Shown here: positions 1-9,539 of the stretch, piece after piece | How positions within the stretch are numbered: position 1 is the first letter of the stretch | How the letters are laid out: every line of letters starts with the position of its first letter | NCBI GenBank assembly: GCA_963728915.1 | Contig: CAVSLV010000001.1 | Coordinates: 1,344,001 to 1,408,000 of the forward strand | Length of the DNA stretch: 64,000 nt | From: an uncultured Gemmatimonadales bacterium | Lineage (GTDB): Bacteria; Gemmatimonadota; Gemmatimonadetes; Gemmatimonadales; GWC2-71-9 | Reading direction: 5' to 3' | Notes under the pieces: generated by a model | The model's database searches: none | What the model was told of the DNA's origin: nothing | The model's input: the letters and a program-made list of their open reading frames with translations, nothing else | Position numbers and translations under genes: made by a program

Positions 1-312
1 ATGGTGGTGGGCACGCCCGGCGGACCCAAAATCATCACCATGGTGTACCACGTGATTTCGAACGTCCTCGACCACCATATGGGGCTCGCCGAGGCCGTAA
101 CGGCCCCAAGAATCCACCATCAGGCCCTGCCCGATACCATTCAGGTCGAGCGAGGTGGATTCCTCAGCGGCGTTCTCGATTCGCTCCGCGCCATGGGGCA
201 CGCCGTGCGCGAGCTGAATCCCTGGGGAGACGTGGAAGCGATTGTCCGCATTCCCCAGGGATGGCAGGGGGTGAGCGATCCCCGCCGGGGCGGGGGCGGC
301 GCAGGGTACTAG
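1..312 (+). CDS. ggt: Gamma-glutamyltransferase, C-terminal part (5' truncated by window)
   Basis: GTPGGPKIIT, PRIHHQxLPD and terminal SDPRRGG motifs of the GGT small subunit. Confidence 0.9.
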   Translation: MVVGTPGGPKIITMVYHVISNVLDHHMGLAEAVTAPRIHHQALPDTIQVERGGFLSGVLDSLRAMGHAVRELNPWGDVEAIVRIPQGWQGVSDPRRGGGGAGY

Positions 313-1133
313 TCCGCGATCAGCGGAGACTTCAGGGCGATCCGGATCTTTCCTCCTTCCGGGATCACCACATCCCGGTCGGCGGTCTCGACTGCCACCG
401 CCGCCCCGGCCGCAGCACCGGTGACCGCGCCGGCAGCCGCACCGGCGCCACCACCGATCACTTTGCCAATGATCGCTCCCGCCGCGGCCCCGGCCCCGAC
501 CTTGGCCGCCTCACCGGTGCCGATTCCCCGACCCTTCAGGGTGTGTTCCACATAGGTCACCTCGGCATCGATCGGCTTGGTCTCGCCGTTGATCTTCACG
601 CTGGTGGCCGCCAGCACCAAGGTACCGTCTTTCGCACCTTTGTTCGGAGCGGGCTTGATCTCCGAAATGGTGAAGACGATCTCGGAGCCGGCCGGGATCA
701 CCACTCTGCCATCGGCCGAGCTGATGTCCTGTGCGATGCGGGCGGTGAATTGCTCACCGGCTTTGTTGACTTTCGAGGTGATTTCGCGGGTCGCAGTGGC
801 CTCCAGGGTAGTGCCCGCCGCGAGCTGGGGCGCCGGCCGAGCCGGAGCCGGCTGAGGCACAGGAGCCGGCGGCGGAGTTGGAGCGGGTGACGGAGTGGGC
901 CGTGGAGCCGGCGGGGGCGGCACGGGACGCGGTGCCGGGGCGGGCGTCGGGGCCGGTGTCGGGGCGGGAGTCACCGGCCGGTCCCCGAATGCGAGACTGG
1001 TGTCGGTATTGGGCAATTGGACATTCTGCGCGGCGGTATCTGCCACCGCGCCGGATTCGCCCTTCCGGCCGCAGGCAATCAACATCAGACCGGCCGCGGC
1101 AATGGTCAAAGAACCTATCGAGGTCTGGCGCAT
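309..1133 (-). CDS. Lipoprotein with Pro-rich linker and VirB10/TrbI-like C-terminal domain containing a glycine zipper
   Basis: GGGGAGGG SD before ATG 1133; LIAC lipobox; PAPTPAPTP linker; GTTLEA..ITSK..FTARIAQDI..GRVVIPAGS and VVIPEGGKIRIAL resemble the VirB10 core. Confidence 0.65.
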   Translation of the reverse strand: MRQTSIGSLTIAAAGLMLIACGRKGESGAVADTAAQNVQLPNTDTSLAFGDRPVTPAPTPAPTPAPAPRPVPPPPAPRPTPSPAPTPPPAPVPQPAPARPAPQLAAGTTLEATATREITSKVNKAGEQFTARIAQDISSADGRVVIPAGSEIVFTISEIKPAPNKGAKDGTLVLAATSVKINGETKPIDAEVTYVEHTLKGRGIGTGEAAKVGAGAAAGAIIGKVIGGGAGAAAGAVTGAAAGAAVAVETADRDVVIPEGGKIRIALKSPLIAD

Positions 1134-1205
1134 AACCCTCCCCAAAGTGTCTGGAATTTCGTCGCGGGAGCCTTCAGAATGGAGACGACCGAGCCGAAGG
1201 ACCAG

Positions 1206-1934
1206 TTACAGCCGGGTTCGGAGGAACGAAGGTGTAAGGCTCTGCAACCAGCCGGCAATACGAGTGAACTGCCCGGTCATCAAGAGAACGCCGACCACCA
1301 GCAGGAGCACCCCACTCAGTTGCTGGATCCATCGCAGATGCCGGCGAAATCGCTGAAACCAGGCGAGAAAGCTCTCCACCGCGAAGGCGGCAACGAGAAA
1401 CGGCACCGCGAGTCCGAGGGAATACGCCCCAAGCAGGACGATTCCCCGGCTCACGGTCTCCTCCGTGGCGGCGAGTCCCAGGATTCCACCGAGGATTGGA
1501 CCGATGCACGGCGTCCAGCCTGCCGCGAAGGCCATCCCGACCAGCACGGAACCGAGGTACCCCATCGGCTTCCGGTCGAGATGGACTCGGGAATCCCGAT
1601 CCATCCAGCGGGACCGGAATACTCCCAGACAGTACAACCCGAACACGACGATCAGGGCGCCACCGATCCGCTGGATCCAGATTTCGTAGTGCTTGAGCAC
1701 TCGACCCAGGGCCGTGGCACTCGCGCCGAACACCATGAAGACCACGGAGAAGCCGAGCACGAAGAGGGCCGCATGGAGCATGGCGATCCGGCGGCGATTT
1801 CCTATTTCGTCGAACGTGAGGCCGGTCACAAAGCCGAGATAGGAGGGCACCAGCGGCAACACGCAGGGCGACAGAAAGCTCAGCAGACCGCCGGCGAACG
1901 CGATGGCGACCCCGAGGCTCGGGGTATCGCTCAC
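1206..1934 (-). CDS. ccdA: Cytochrome c biogenesis protein CcdA (DsbD-like TM domain)
   Basis: GLLSFLSPCVLPLVP and GWTPCIGPIL motifs; multiple TM helices. Confidence 0.93.
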   Translation of the reverse strand: MSDTPSLGVAIAFAGGLLSFLSPCVLPLVPSYLGFVTGLTFDEIGNRRRIAMLHAALFVLGFSVVFMVFGASATALGRVLKHYEIWIQRIGGALIVVFGLYCLGVFRSRWMDRDSRVHLDRKPMGYLGSVLVGMAFAAGWTPCIGPILGGILGLAATEETVSRGIVLLGAYSLGLAVPFLVAAFAVESFLAWFQRFRRHLRWIQQLSGVLLLVVGVLLMTGQFTRIAGWLQSLTPSFLRTRL

Positions 1935-2320
1935 GGGGACGGGGTCGGCGAAGGCTCGGAAAACCAGGAGGATGGATCGACTGACACGGGCGGCTCCTCT
2001 TCCTCGGAACGCCGAGGGACCAGCGCCAGCAACTCATCGAGGGCCTCGGGCGGACCACTCCCGACCTCCTGGAGGTCCCAGTCGAAGGCCCCCCGCTTGG
2101 AACCTTTGACCGTATGGATGAACCGGGCGGTATAGATGCGGCGGCGGTCCTGTTCGAGGCGGGAAAGAATCGCGGTCCCGAAGTCCCGGCCCTCCCGCCG
2201 CACCACACGGAAGGTCCAGATGGCGTCCACCTGGTCGGCCGGGATTGTTGCCCTGAGGGCGAGGGCCAGTCGTTCCCATCCGGGACCGGGATCGCTCGGG
2301 GGGTTCAGCGGGCTCGTCAT
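1931..2320 (-). CDS. Hypothetical protein (129 aa)
   Basis: Protein-like composition; GTGA stop/start overlap with ccdA; TACCTT hexamer 10 nt upstream. Confidence 0.7.
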   Translation of the reverse strand: MTSPLNPPSDPGPGWERLALALRATIPADQVDAIWTFRVVRREGRDFGTAILSRLEQDRRRIYTARFIHTVKGSKRGAFDWDLQEVGSGPPEALDELLALVPRRSEEEEPPVSVDPSSWFSEPSPTPSP

Positions 2321-2388
2321 GGAATGGCGGAAGGTAGAGGGCCGGACGACCGGATGGTAGGACGCCGGTCGCAGTAAGTTTGGGGCTC

Positions 2389-4518
2389 ATGATACCGACC
2401 ATCCTGAGCCTCCTGGCCCTCCAGGGCCCTCCAGGAGGACCCGACACCGCCCGGGCCGACACGGCCAAGCGGGTTAGGCTTCCGCCGGTCACCGTCAGCG
2501 TCACCAGGATGGCCGAGCCGGAATCCCGCCTGCCCATGGCGATCGGGGTTCTCAGCGCGCAGGCGGTGCGCACGGGGCAACCTACGCTGGGCCTGGATGA
2601 ATCGCTCAGCCGCCTGCCCGGAGTCGTGGTGCTGAACCGGTACAACTACTCTCTGGATCAGCGCATTTCGCTCCGGGGAGCGGGGAGCCGCGCGAACTTC
2701 GGCCTTCGCGGCGTGAAGGTCCTGGTCGACGGCGTGCCCCAGACGCTCCCCGACGGACAGAGCCAGCTCACCAACCTCGAGCTCGGCACGGTCGACCGGG
2801 TGGAGGTGCTCACCGGCTCGGCGGGCGCGCTCTACGGCAACGCCTCCGGCGGGGTGCTGTCCTTCACCACCGAGACCCCGCTCCTGCCATGGTCCGCAAG
2901 GCTCAGGATCGAAGGAGGCAGCTTCGGCACCTGGAAGGCACAATCGGTCCTGGGGACCGAACAGGGAAGGTTTCGTGCCCTCGGCTCCCTGTCCCGCTTC
3001 GGGACCGACGGGTTCCGGCAGCACAGCGCGGCATCGGCCTGGCAGTTCAACGGCAAACTCGAATATGACCTCGGCGGCCGGTCGACCCTGGCGGTTGGCC
3101 TCGCGCTGGCCGACGCGCCCAAGGCGGAGCATCCCGGCGCCCTGACCTTCGAGGAGTACGAGGTGACCCGCGACAGCGCCGCCGCCAGCAACATCCTGCG
3201 AGGCGCCGACAAGAGCGTCACCCAGCAACAGGCGTCCGTCCGCTACCGGTGGTTCGGGAGCGGAGGCGCATCGCTCGACGTCACCGCTTTCGGCCTGCTG
3301 CGCGATCTGGAGAATCCGCTCGCCACGCCGCCACCGACTCCACCGGCGATCAACGCGCGGAACGGGACCTACAGCACGATCGACCGCCGGGTCGGCGGGG
3401 TTCGGGTGGCGGGATCCGTACCTCTCGTCCCGGCGAGCCTGGCCCTCCGGCTTTCCGCCGGCATCGATCTTCAGGGAATGCGCGACCATCGTCGCAACCT
3501 TCGAAGCCTCGAGGGGCGGCGCATCGGCTCGGCCTTCGTCGATCAGGTCGAGACCGTCACCGAGCTCGGACCCTTTGCTCAGCTCCACTGGGCACCCAGC
3601 GACCGGCTGCTGCTGCTCGCCGCGGGCCGATACGACTACCTGGTGTTCCGGGTCGAGGACGGGCTCCGGACCGGCGGGATCGATCGGGGTGGCGAGCGCA
3701 CCATGAGTCGCCCCAGCGGCAGCATGGGGGCGAGCTACCTCATCGGTCCTGCCCTCACCGTCTATCTCAATGGAGCGACCAGTTTCGAGTCTCCCACGAC
3801 CACCGAGCTCGTGAATACCACCGGCGACCTGGGTTTCAACACGACTCTTGGCCCGCAACGCACCATCTCCGCCGAAGTCGGAGCGCGAGGCAGAGTCGGG
3901 CGGGTCCTGGACTACAGCGTGGCGGCATACGGCAGCCGGACTCGCGACGCCATCATCCAGGCCCGCGAAGTGGACGGACGGGCGTACTTCGAGAATGCCG
4001 GCCGGGTCCGGGTCCGGGGGGTCGAGGGCGGGTTAGGGGTCGATCCGCTGTCCTGGGTCACCTTGCGGGCCGCCTACACCTACGGGAGCTACACCTTTGC
4101 GGAGTACCTGGTGCGGAGCGGCGCGACCACCGACACCCTCGATGGGAACCGGCTGGCCGGCGTGCCTCGGCATTTCTTCCGGGCCAGCCTGGCGATCCAT
4201 CCCGGCCCCCTGCGCGCCGAGCTGGAGCAGCTCACCGCGAGCTCGGTCTATGGGGATGACAAGAACACCCTCCGGGTGGATGGATGGGGTGCGGGGGTGA
4301 CCACGATCCGGCTGAGCGGGGAGTGGTTCTGGGGCTCCAATACGCTGCGGCCGTTCGCGGCGATCCAGAACCTCTTCGATCGGAAGTATGTCGGGTCGGT
4401 CAACCTGAATGGAGCCGGAGGGCGAATTCTCGAGCCGGCGCCGGGCCGCTCGGCGTACCTCGGGCTGGAGCTCGGGCTCGCCTCCGGGGCACGCTTCTCC
4501 GAGCGAACCGGGCGCTAG
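2389..4518 (+). CDS. TonB-dependent receptor, YncD/PqqU-like subfamily
   Basis: Signal peptide; VTVSVTR TonB-box-like segment; plug motif SLRGAGSRANFGLRGVKVLVDGVPQTLPDGQ..RVEVLTG..ALYGNASGGV; C-terminal NLFDRKY..PAPGRS. Confidence 0.9.
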   Translation: MIPTILSLLALQGPPGGPDTARADTAKRVRLPPVTVSVTRMAEPESRLPMAIGVLSAQAVRTGQPTLGLDESLSRLPGVVVLNRYNYSLDQRISLRGAGSRANFGLRGVKVLVDGVPQTLPDGQSQLTNLELGTVDRVEVLTGSAGALYGNASGGVLSFTTETPLLPWSARLRIEGGSFGTWKAQSVLGTEQGRFRALGSLSRFGTDGFRQHSAASAWQFNGKLEYDLGGRSTLAVGLALADAPKAEHPGALTFEEYEVTRDSAAASNILRGADKSVTQQQASVRYRWFGSGGASLDVTAFGLLRDLENPLATPPPTPPAINARNGTYSTIDRRVGGVRVAGSVPLVPASLALRLSAGIDLQGMRDHRRNLRSLEGRRIGSAFVDQVETVTELGPFAQLHWAPSDRLLLLAAGRYDYLVFRVEDGLRTGGIDRGGERTMSRPSGSMGASYLIGPALTVYLNGATSFESPTTTELVNTTGDLGFNTTLGPQRTISAEVGARGRVGRVLDYSVAAYGSRTRDAIIQAREVDGRAYFENAGRVRVRGVEGGLGVDPLSWVTLRAAYTYGSYTFAEYLVRSGATTDTLDGNRLAGVPRHFFRASLAIHPGPLRAELEQLTASSVYGDDKNTLRVDGWGAGVTTIRLSGEWFWGSNTLRPFAAIQNLFDRKYVGSVNLNGAGGRILEPAPGRSAYLGLELGLASGARFSERTGR

Positions 4519-6950
4519 AGCAACGCGACCGGATCCCGGTCCAGCACGATCCGGCACCCACCGCGCGGCTCGAGCCGGGGCGCGGCATAGCGCACCAGCC
4601 TCCCGATCTGATCGCCTGCTCCCTTGACCAGCAGATGCCAGCGCCACTGGCCCTTGATGCGGGTTATGGGACATGGCGCCGGACCAAGCAGGGAGAGGGG
4701 AACCGCCTGGGTGGTGAGCAGCTCGCCGAGCCAGCCGGCCACCCGCTGGGCCTCATCGACGGTCCTCCGCTCGTCCTGGCCCGAGATCACCACATTGAGC
4801 AGGCCGGTTTCCGGCGGATAGGGCGGATCCTGGCGGACCCGCTTCTCGTGATCCAGGAAGCCTTCCGCATCGTGGGCGGCGGCGAATCGAAGCGCCGGAT
4901 GTTCGTGGCTCCTGGTCTGCACCACCACCCTGCCACCCTTCGGTCCCCGCCCTGCCCGTCCCGCCACCTGGGCGAGGAGCTGGAAGGTGCGCTCGCCCGC
5001 CCGGAAATCGGGAAGATGAAGGGCGGTATCGGCGTCCACCACGCCAACCAGCGTGACGTTCGGAAAATCCATCCCCTTGGCGATCATCTGGGTGCCGACC
5101 AGCACGTTGGCTTCCCCGCGATCGACCCGATCCAGGATCCGATGGTGACTCCAGCGCGCCGAAGTCGTATCGAGGTCCATCCGGGCGATCCGGGCGGTGG
5201 GGAACCGGCTCGCCACCAGACTCTCCAGCTGCTGGGTGCCGACGCCACGGGCGCGCTGCACCGGATGCGCGCAGGCCGAACAGGCCGATGGGATCGGAAA
5301 CCGGCGGGCGCAGTAGTGGCATCGTAACCCGGGGGGCACCCGATGCAGGGTGAGCGCAATGGAGCATTCCGGACATTCCGGCACCAGACCGCAGGCCGGG
5401 CACTGGAGAAAGGAGGCGTACCCCCGGCGATTGAGCAGCAGAATTGCCTGTTCCTCGCGATCCAGCACCTCGCCCAGCGCCCGATCGAGGGCCTCGCTCC
5501 AGGGAACCGCATGGCCGGTGTTCACCACCGGAGCGGAACAGAGATCGAGCAGCTCCACCGGAGGGAGCGGACGGTCCCCGATCCGCCGAGGCAAGCGCAG
5601 CAGGGTCAGGCGCTCCTGCTCCCGGGCATCGGGCTCGGTCCGTGAGAACGTTTCCAGCGAAGGCGTCGCGCTCCCCAGGATGAGCCGGGCGCCTTCCAGG
5701 TGGGCCCGGACCCGGGCGACCTCACGGGCATGGTAACGGGGCGCCTCGCCATTCTTGTAGCTCGCCTCGTGTTCTTCGTCGACCACGATGAGCCCCAGGC
5801 CCAGCACCGGAGCGAACAGCGCGGAGCGGGCCCCCACCACCACCCGGCGCTCCCCCCGGCGGAGCAGTCGCCAGGCATCGGCACGCTCCCCCTCGGAGAG
5901 TCCGCTATGGAGGACCGCCACGCGATCGCCGAACAGACCCCGGACCCGGCTCACCATCTGGGGCGTCAATCCGATTTCGGGCACCAGGATGATCACCCCG
6001 CCTCCGGCATCCACCACCCGCTCCGCCGCGCGAAGATAGATCAGGGTTTTCCCGCTTCCGGTCACCCCGAAGAGAACCGCTCCCGCGCCCGGAGCGAGCG
6101 CGGTGAGTCGGTCCAGCACGGCCGATTGGGCCTCCGTCGTGGTTTCCGGTGGCGGGGCCGCCGCGATGCCCTCGAAGGGATCGCGAATCCGCTCCACCGC
6201 GCGAACCGTCGCGAGACCGGAAGCGACCAAAGCACGAATCACCTGATCGGAGAAGCCCAGAGCCTCTCGCAGATGGGTGATCGCAGCGGATCCGCCCAGC
6301 GACTCCAGGGTCTCGTACAGCTCGCGCTGGCGAACCCGCCGGGCCAATCGGTCCATCCGTTCGACCAGGGTCAGGCGTTCGGCGGGAAGCTCGATCCAGC
6401 GCACCAGGCTCACTCCCCCGCCGGTTTCGGCCGGGGTGACGATGAGCTCGGCCGCCCCCACGCGGTAGAGCCGATCCGCCACATCCCACAGCGGCTTCCG
6501 AAAGTGCCTTGCCGCGGTGTCGAGAGGCGCCTCCCCACCCCGGTCCGCGACCCATGCCAGGACCTGGCCGGCCAACCCACCCAGGGGCGAACCGCCTGAT
6601 GTCAGCACTCGGAGGTGAACCCGTGAGCTGCCCCAGAGTGAGCCGGGCAGGATGGCCTTGAGGGCCAGCCCGATGGGAGCGCCATAGTAGGCCGCCATCC
6701 ATTCCGCAGTGCGAAGAAGCGGTGCGGAGAGCGCCGGTTCCGGATCAGGCGCCGCCAGCAGGTCACGGGCCTCGACCGGGGGCGCCTCGCCGGTGATCTC
6801 CAGCACGATGCCCACCAGCTCGCGCCGGCGCACCGGAACCACGACCCTCGCGCCCGGCGTTACCCGGTCCGCCAGGATCGTCGGGATGCGGTAGAGATAG
6901 GGTTCGAAGAGCGGAAGCGGGAGAGCGACCCTGGCGAACCGCTCGGTCAT
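4515..6950 (-). CDS. priA: Primosomal protein N' (PriA helicase)
   Basis: GVTGSGKT Walker A, VDEEHE, LNRRGY, four CxxC pairs, GTQMIAKGMDFPNV; start set at MTERFARVALP. Confidence 0.96.
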   Translation of the reverse strand: MTERFARVALPLPLFEPYLYRIPTILADRVTPGARVVVPVRRRELVGIVLEITGEAPPVEARDLLAAPDPEPALSAPLLRTAEWMAAYYGAPIGLALKAILPGSLWGSSRVHLRVLTSGGSPLGGLAGQVLAWVADRGGEAPLDTAARHFRKPLWDVADRLYRVGAAELIVTPAETGGGVSLVRWIELPAERLTLVERMDRLARRVRQRELYETLESLGGSAAITHLREALGFSDQVIRALVASGLATVRAVERIRDPFEGIAAAPPPETTTEAQSAVLDRLTALAPGAGAVLFGVTGSGKTLIYLRAAERVVDAGGGVIILVPEIGLTPQMVSRVRGLFGDRVAVLHSGLSEGERADAWRLLRRGERRVVVGARSALFAPVLGLGLIVVDEEHEASYKNGEAPRYHAREVARVRAHLEGARLILGSATPSLETFSRTEPDAREQERLTLLRLPRRIGDRPLPPVELLDLCSAPVVNTGHAVPWSEALDRALGEVLDREEQAILLLNRRGYASFLQCPACGLVPECPECSIALTLHRVPPGLRCHYCARRFPIPSACSACAHPVQRARGVGTQQLESLVASRFPTARIARMDLDTTSARWSHHRILDRVDRGEANVLVGTQMIAKGMDFPNVTLVGVVDADTALHLPDFRAGERTFQLLAQVAGRAGRGPKGGRVVVQTRSHEHPALRFAAAHDAEGFLDHEKRVRQDPPYPPETGLLNVVISGQDERRTVDEAQRVAGWLGELLTTQAVPLSLLGPAPCPITRIKGQWRWHLLVKGAGDQIGRLVRYAAPRLEPRGGCRIVLDRDPVALL

Positions 6951-7966
6951 CGCCTCGAGAGGCCGAGTCCCGGCCCCTCGGGAAGCACCAGCCGGCCACC
7001 CGCGATGGTGGCGCCGGCGTAGGGATCGCTCGCCAGGAGGGCGGCCCCGTCGAGGTCGCAGATGTCGACCAGGGGACAGACCTGGGCGGCCGCGGTGATC
7101 CCCACCGACGTTTCGATCATGCACCCCACCATCACCATCAGGTGGTGGGCCCGGGCGATCGCGATCATGCGGAGGGCTTCGCGCAGGCTCCCGGTCTTGG
7201 CCAGCTTGATGTTGATGCCGTCCACCTTGCCCACCAGGCGGGGAATGTCGCCGGCGGTGAGGCAGCTCTCGTCGGCGATCACCGGAATCCGGCTCTTGCG
7301 GGTTATGGTGCCCAGCCCCTCGATGTCGTCGGGATGGAGCGGCTGCTCCAGCACGGTGACCCCGAACTCCTCCAGGACCGGCAGCATCCGGATCGCCTGT
7401 TTGCGGGTCCACCCGCAGTTGGCGTCGACCCGAATCTCTTTCCGGGTCGCCTCCCGGATGGCCTGGAGAATCCCGAGATCGTCGGCGGTCCCCAGCTTGA
7501 TCTTGAGCACCGGATACGGTTCGGCCTCCTTGACCTTCATCCGCATGCGCTCGGGGGTGTCGATCCCGATGGTGAAGGTGGAGATCGGACACCTGGCCGG
7601 ATCGAGCCCGAACAGCCGGTGGACCGGCGCCCCGAGCCGTTTTCCGACCAGGTCATGGAGGGCAGCGGACAGGGCCGCCCGGGCGGCGTGGTTGCCGCTC
7701 AGGGCCGTCGCAAAGCGGGCTTCCGCCTCCTCGAGATGAAATGGCTCGGTCGGCAGGACCGTGGCATACGCTTCAAGCGCCGCGAGCACCGTTTCGGGGG
7801 TCTCGCCATAGAAACGCTGCGGCGCGGCCTCCCCCCACCCTTCGACCCCGTCCCGATCGACCAGCCGGATGGCCACGGTGCGATAGGTGTCCTGGGAGCC
7901 CCGCGCGATCACGAACGGGTGGCGGGTCTTGAGCTCCAGGATGTCGGCATTGAGTCGGAGGGACAC
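6947..7966 (-). CDS. L-Ala-D/L-Glu dipeptide epimerase (enolase superfamily)
   Basis: KIKLG, RVDAN, LEQP, ADES, NIKLAK, GCMIE, DLDG motifs; GTG start inferred. Confidence 0.88.
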   Translation of the reverse strand: MSLRLNADILELKTRHPFVIARGSQDTYRTVAIRLVDRDGVEGWGEAAPQRFYGETPETVLAALEAYATVLPTEPFHLEEAEARFATALSGNHAARAALSAALHDLVGKRLGAPVHRLFGLDPARCPISTFTIGIDTPERMRMKVKEAEPYPVLKIKLGTADDLGILQAIREATRKEIRVDANCGWTRKQAIRMLPVLEEFGVTVLEQPLHPDDIEGLGTITRKSRIPVIADESCLTAGDIPRLVGKVDGINIKLAKTGSLREALRMIAIARAHHLMVMVGCMIETSVGITAAAQVCPLVDICDLDGAALLASDPYAGATIAGGRLVLPEGPGLGLSRR

Positions 7967-8021
7967 GGAGATGCGCTCGGGTGTCGGGGCTCGGCGAGTA
8001 TAGGCTCGTCGGGAGATGGCG

Positions 8022-8921
8022 TCAAACCAGCGCCTCGAGCGTCGCCAGCACGCCTGCGGCGAGGCGTTCCGGGAGGTAGCCACCCTCCATGAGTCCGATG
8101 ATGGGCACCTCGGGGGCCACGCGCCGCAGGAAGCCGACCAGCTCGGCGCAGTGTTCCGGCTCCAGGGTGAATCCGCCCAGGGGATCGCCCCGGAGACTGT
8201 CATAACCCGCCGAGATCAGGATCACCCCGGGGCGCCAATCGAGCAGGGCGCGCTCGATCCCGCCGCGGAGGTCCTCGACATACGCGCGGGGGGAAAGCCC
8301 GGGCGGGCGGGGGAGGTTGAACACATTGCCGACCCCCCGCTCGGCCGCGGCGCCGGTACCCGGGTAGTGAGGCCACTGATGCAGGGAGACGAAGCGGATC
8401 GAAGGATCCCGCTCGATCAGGGCCTGGGTGCCGTTCCCGTGGTGGACGTCCCAGTCGACGATCACCACCCGGGAGCGCCCCCGCGCCTGGGCCTCCCGCG
8501 CTGCGATCACCGCATTGCCGAAGAAGCAGAACCCCATCGCGGTGTCCCGCAGGGCGTGATGCCCCGGAGGCCGGATCGCCGCGAAGGCATGGGTTCCCGA
8601 ATCGAGCGCGTGCCGGACCGCGGCCAGCGCGGCCCCCGCCCCGGCGCGCGCGGCGTCGAAGCTGGCGCCGCTCAGGAACGTGTCGGCGTCGAGCATCGCC
8701 CCGCCGGAGGCGGCGAGCCGCTCCAGCCGGTCGATGTATTCGCGAGGGTGAACCCGCTCGAGAGCTTCCAGCGAGGCGGGATCGGCCTCGCGAAGCGCGT
8801 TCGCATCCCGGGCGCGGATCGCCTCCTGCACGATCCGAAGCCGGGCCGGCGCCTCCGGATGGGCGGGTCCGGGACGATGATCCAGGCAACGGCTGGAAGT
8901 GAAGACCGCGGGGAGCGGCAC
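8022..8921 (-). CDS. Histone deacetylase family (AcuC/AphA-like) Zn amidohydrolase
   Basis: HPE, RPPGHHA, GFC, DWDVHHGNGTQ, SAGYD..DPLG and EGGY motifs all intact. Confidence 0.95.
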   Translation of the reverse strand: MPLPAVFTSSRCLDHRPGPAHPEAPARLRIVQEAIRARDANALREADPASLEALERVHPREYIDRLERLAASGGAMLDADTFLSGASFDAARAGAGAALAAVRHALDSGTHAFAAIRPPGHHALRDTAMGFCFFGNAVIAAREAQARGRSRVVIVDWDVHHGNGTQALIERDPSIRFVSLHQWPHYPGTGAAAERGVGNVFNLPRPPGLSPRAYVEDLRGGIERALLDWRPGVILISAGYDSLRGDPLGGFTLEPEHCAELVGFLRRVAPEVPIIGLMEGGYLPERLAAGVLATLEALV

Positions 8922-8930
8922 TACGGCGGA

Positions 8931-9194
8931 CTATCGCGCCGGGCGGCGGCGGCGCGAGAGGACAATGACGGGCGCATTGGGTGGAAGGCCGAGCTGGGCC
9001 AGCGAGCCGGCCCGCTCGTCGAGCCGCGCCCCGTTGTATTTCACCTCGTACTCATCGGGCGAGCGACGGACCCGGGCTCGGTCGAGCACCGCCCGCTTGA
9101 GGTCCGCCACCGACGCGTCGCCGGGAAGGTTCAGCAGGTATTCGTCCCAGGTGTCGAGGAGGGTGACCCGAAGCGCTGCCTCCGGGATGGTCAC
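8931..9194 (-). CDS. Small ubiquitin-like (beta-grasp, YukD/EsaB-like) protein
   Basis: DASVADLKRAV..EYEVKYNGARLDE..SLAQLGLPPNAPVIVL aligns by eye with ubiquitin; no C-terminal GG. Confidence 0.7.
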   Translation of the reverse strand: MTIPEAALRVTLLDTWDEYLLNLPGDASVADLKRAVLDRARVRRSPDEYEVKYNGARLDERAGSLAQLGLPPNAPVIVLSRRRRPAR

Positions 9195-9460
9195 GCGGCT
9201 TCCTGTCCGCCGGGAAGGGTCGCCAGGAACCGGGCCAGCGATTGATCGAAGAACAACGTCGAGGCGCGGACCCGGTTCTCCCGCTCACCAGGGAAAATCG
9301 CGAGGCTGATTTCCTCACCGCCCTGCCCCCGAAGGGTGAGAAAGCCCGCGCCTTCCGTTTCCGGAAAGGCCGCCTGATTGGGAACCCGCTCGGCAAAGAA
9401 CGCCTTGGCGCGGGCGATCACCTCAGCAGGGGCGAGGGAGGTCGCTGTCTCGTGAATCAT
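9191..9460 (-). CDS. Hypothetical protein (89 aa)
   Basis: ATG 9460 (MIHETATSL); GTGA overlap with the ubiquitin-like gene; TATCTT hexamer upstream at 9478-9483. Confidence 0.7.
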   Translation of the reverse strand: MIHETATSLAPAEVIARAKAFFAERVPNQAAFPETEGAGFLTLRGQGGEEISLAIFPGERENRVRASTLFFDQSLARFLATLPGGQEAA

Positions 9461-9539
9461 GGGAATGGTGAACAGGCAAGATAAGACGTCGCCGGCGCGG
9501 CTTCCACCGCCCCCATCAGCACCGGCGCCGGTAGCCCGC

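Noticed and set aside
830..980. GC-rich quasi-repeats in the lipoprotein gene
   Set aside because: Explained by Pro/Ala/Thr codons of the linker (period a multiple of 3), unlike the 7/8-mer family.
4515..7592. 1025-aa PriA ORF
   Set aside because: The first ~213 aa overlap the epimerase in another frame; PriA starts at 6950.
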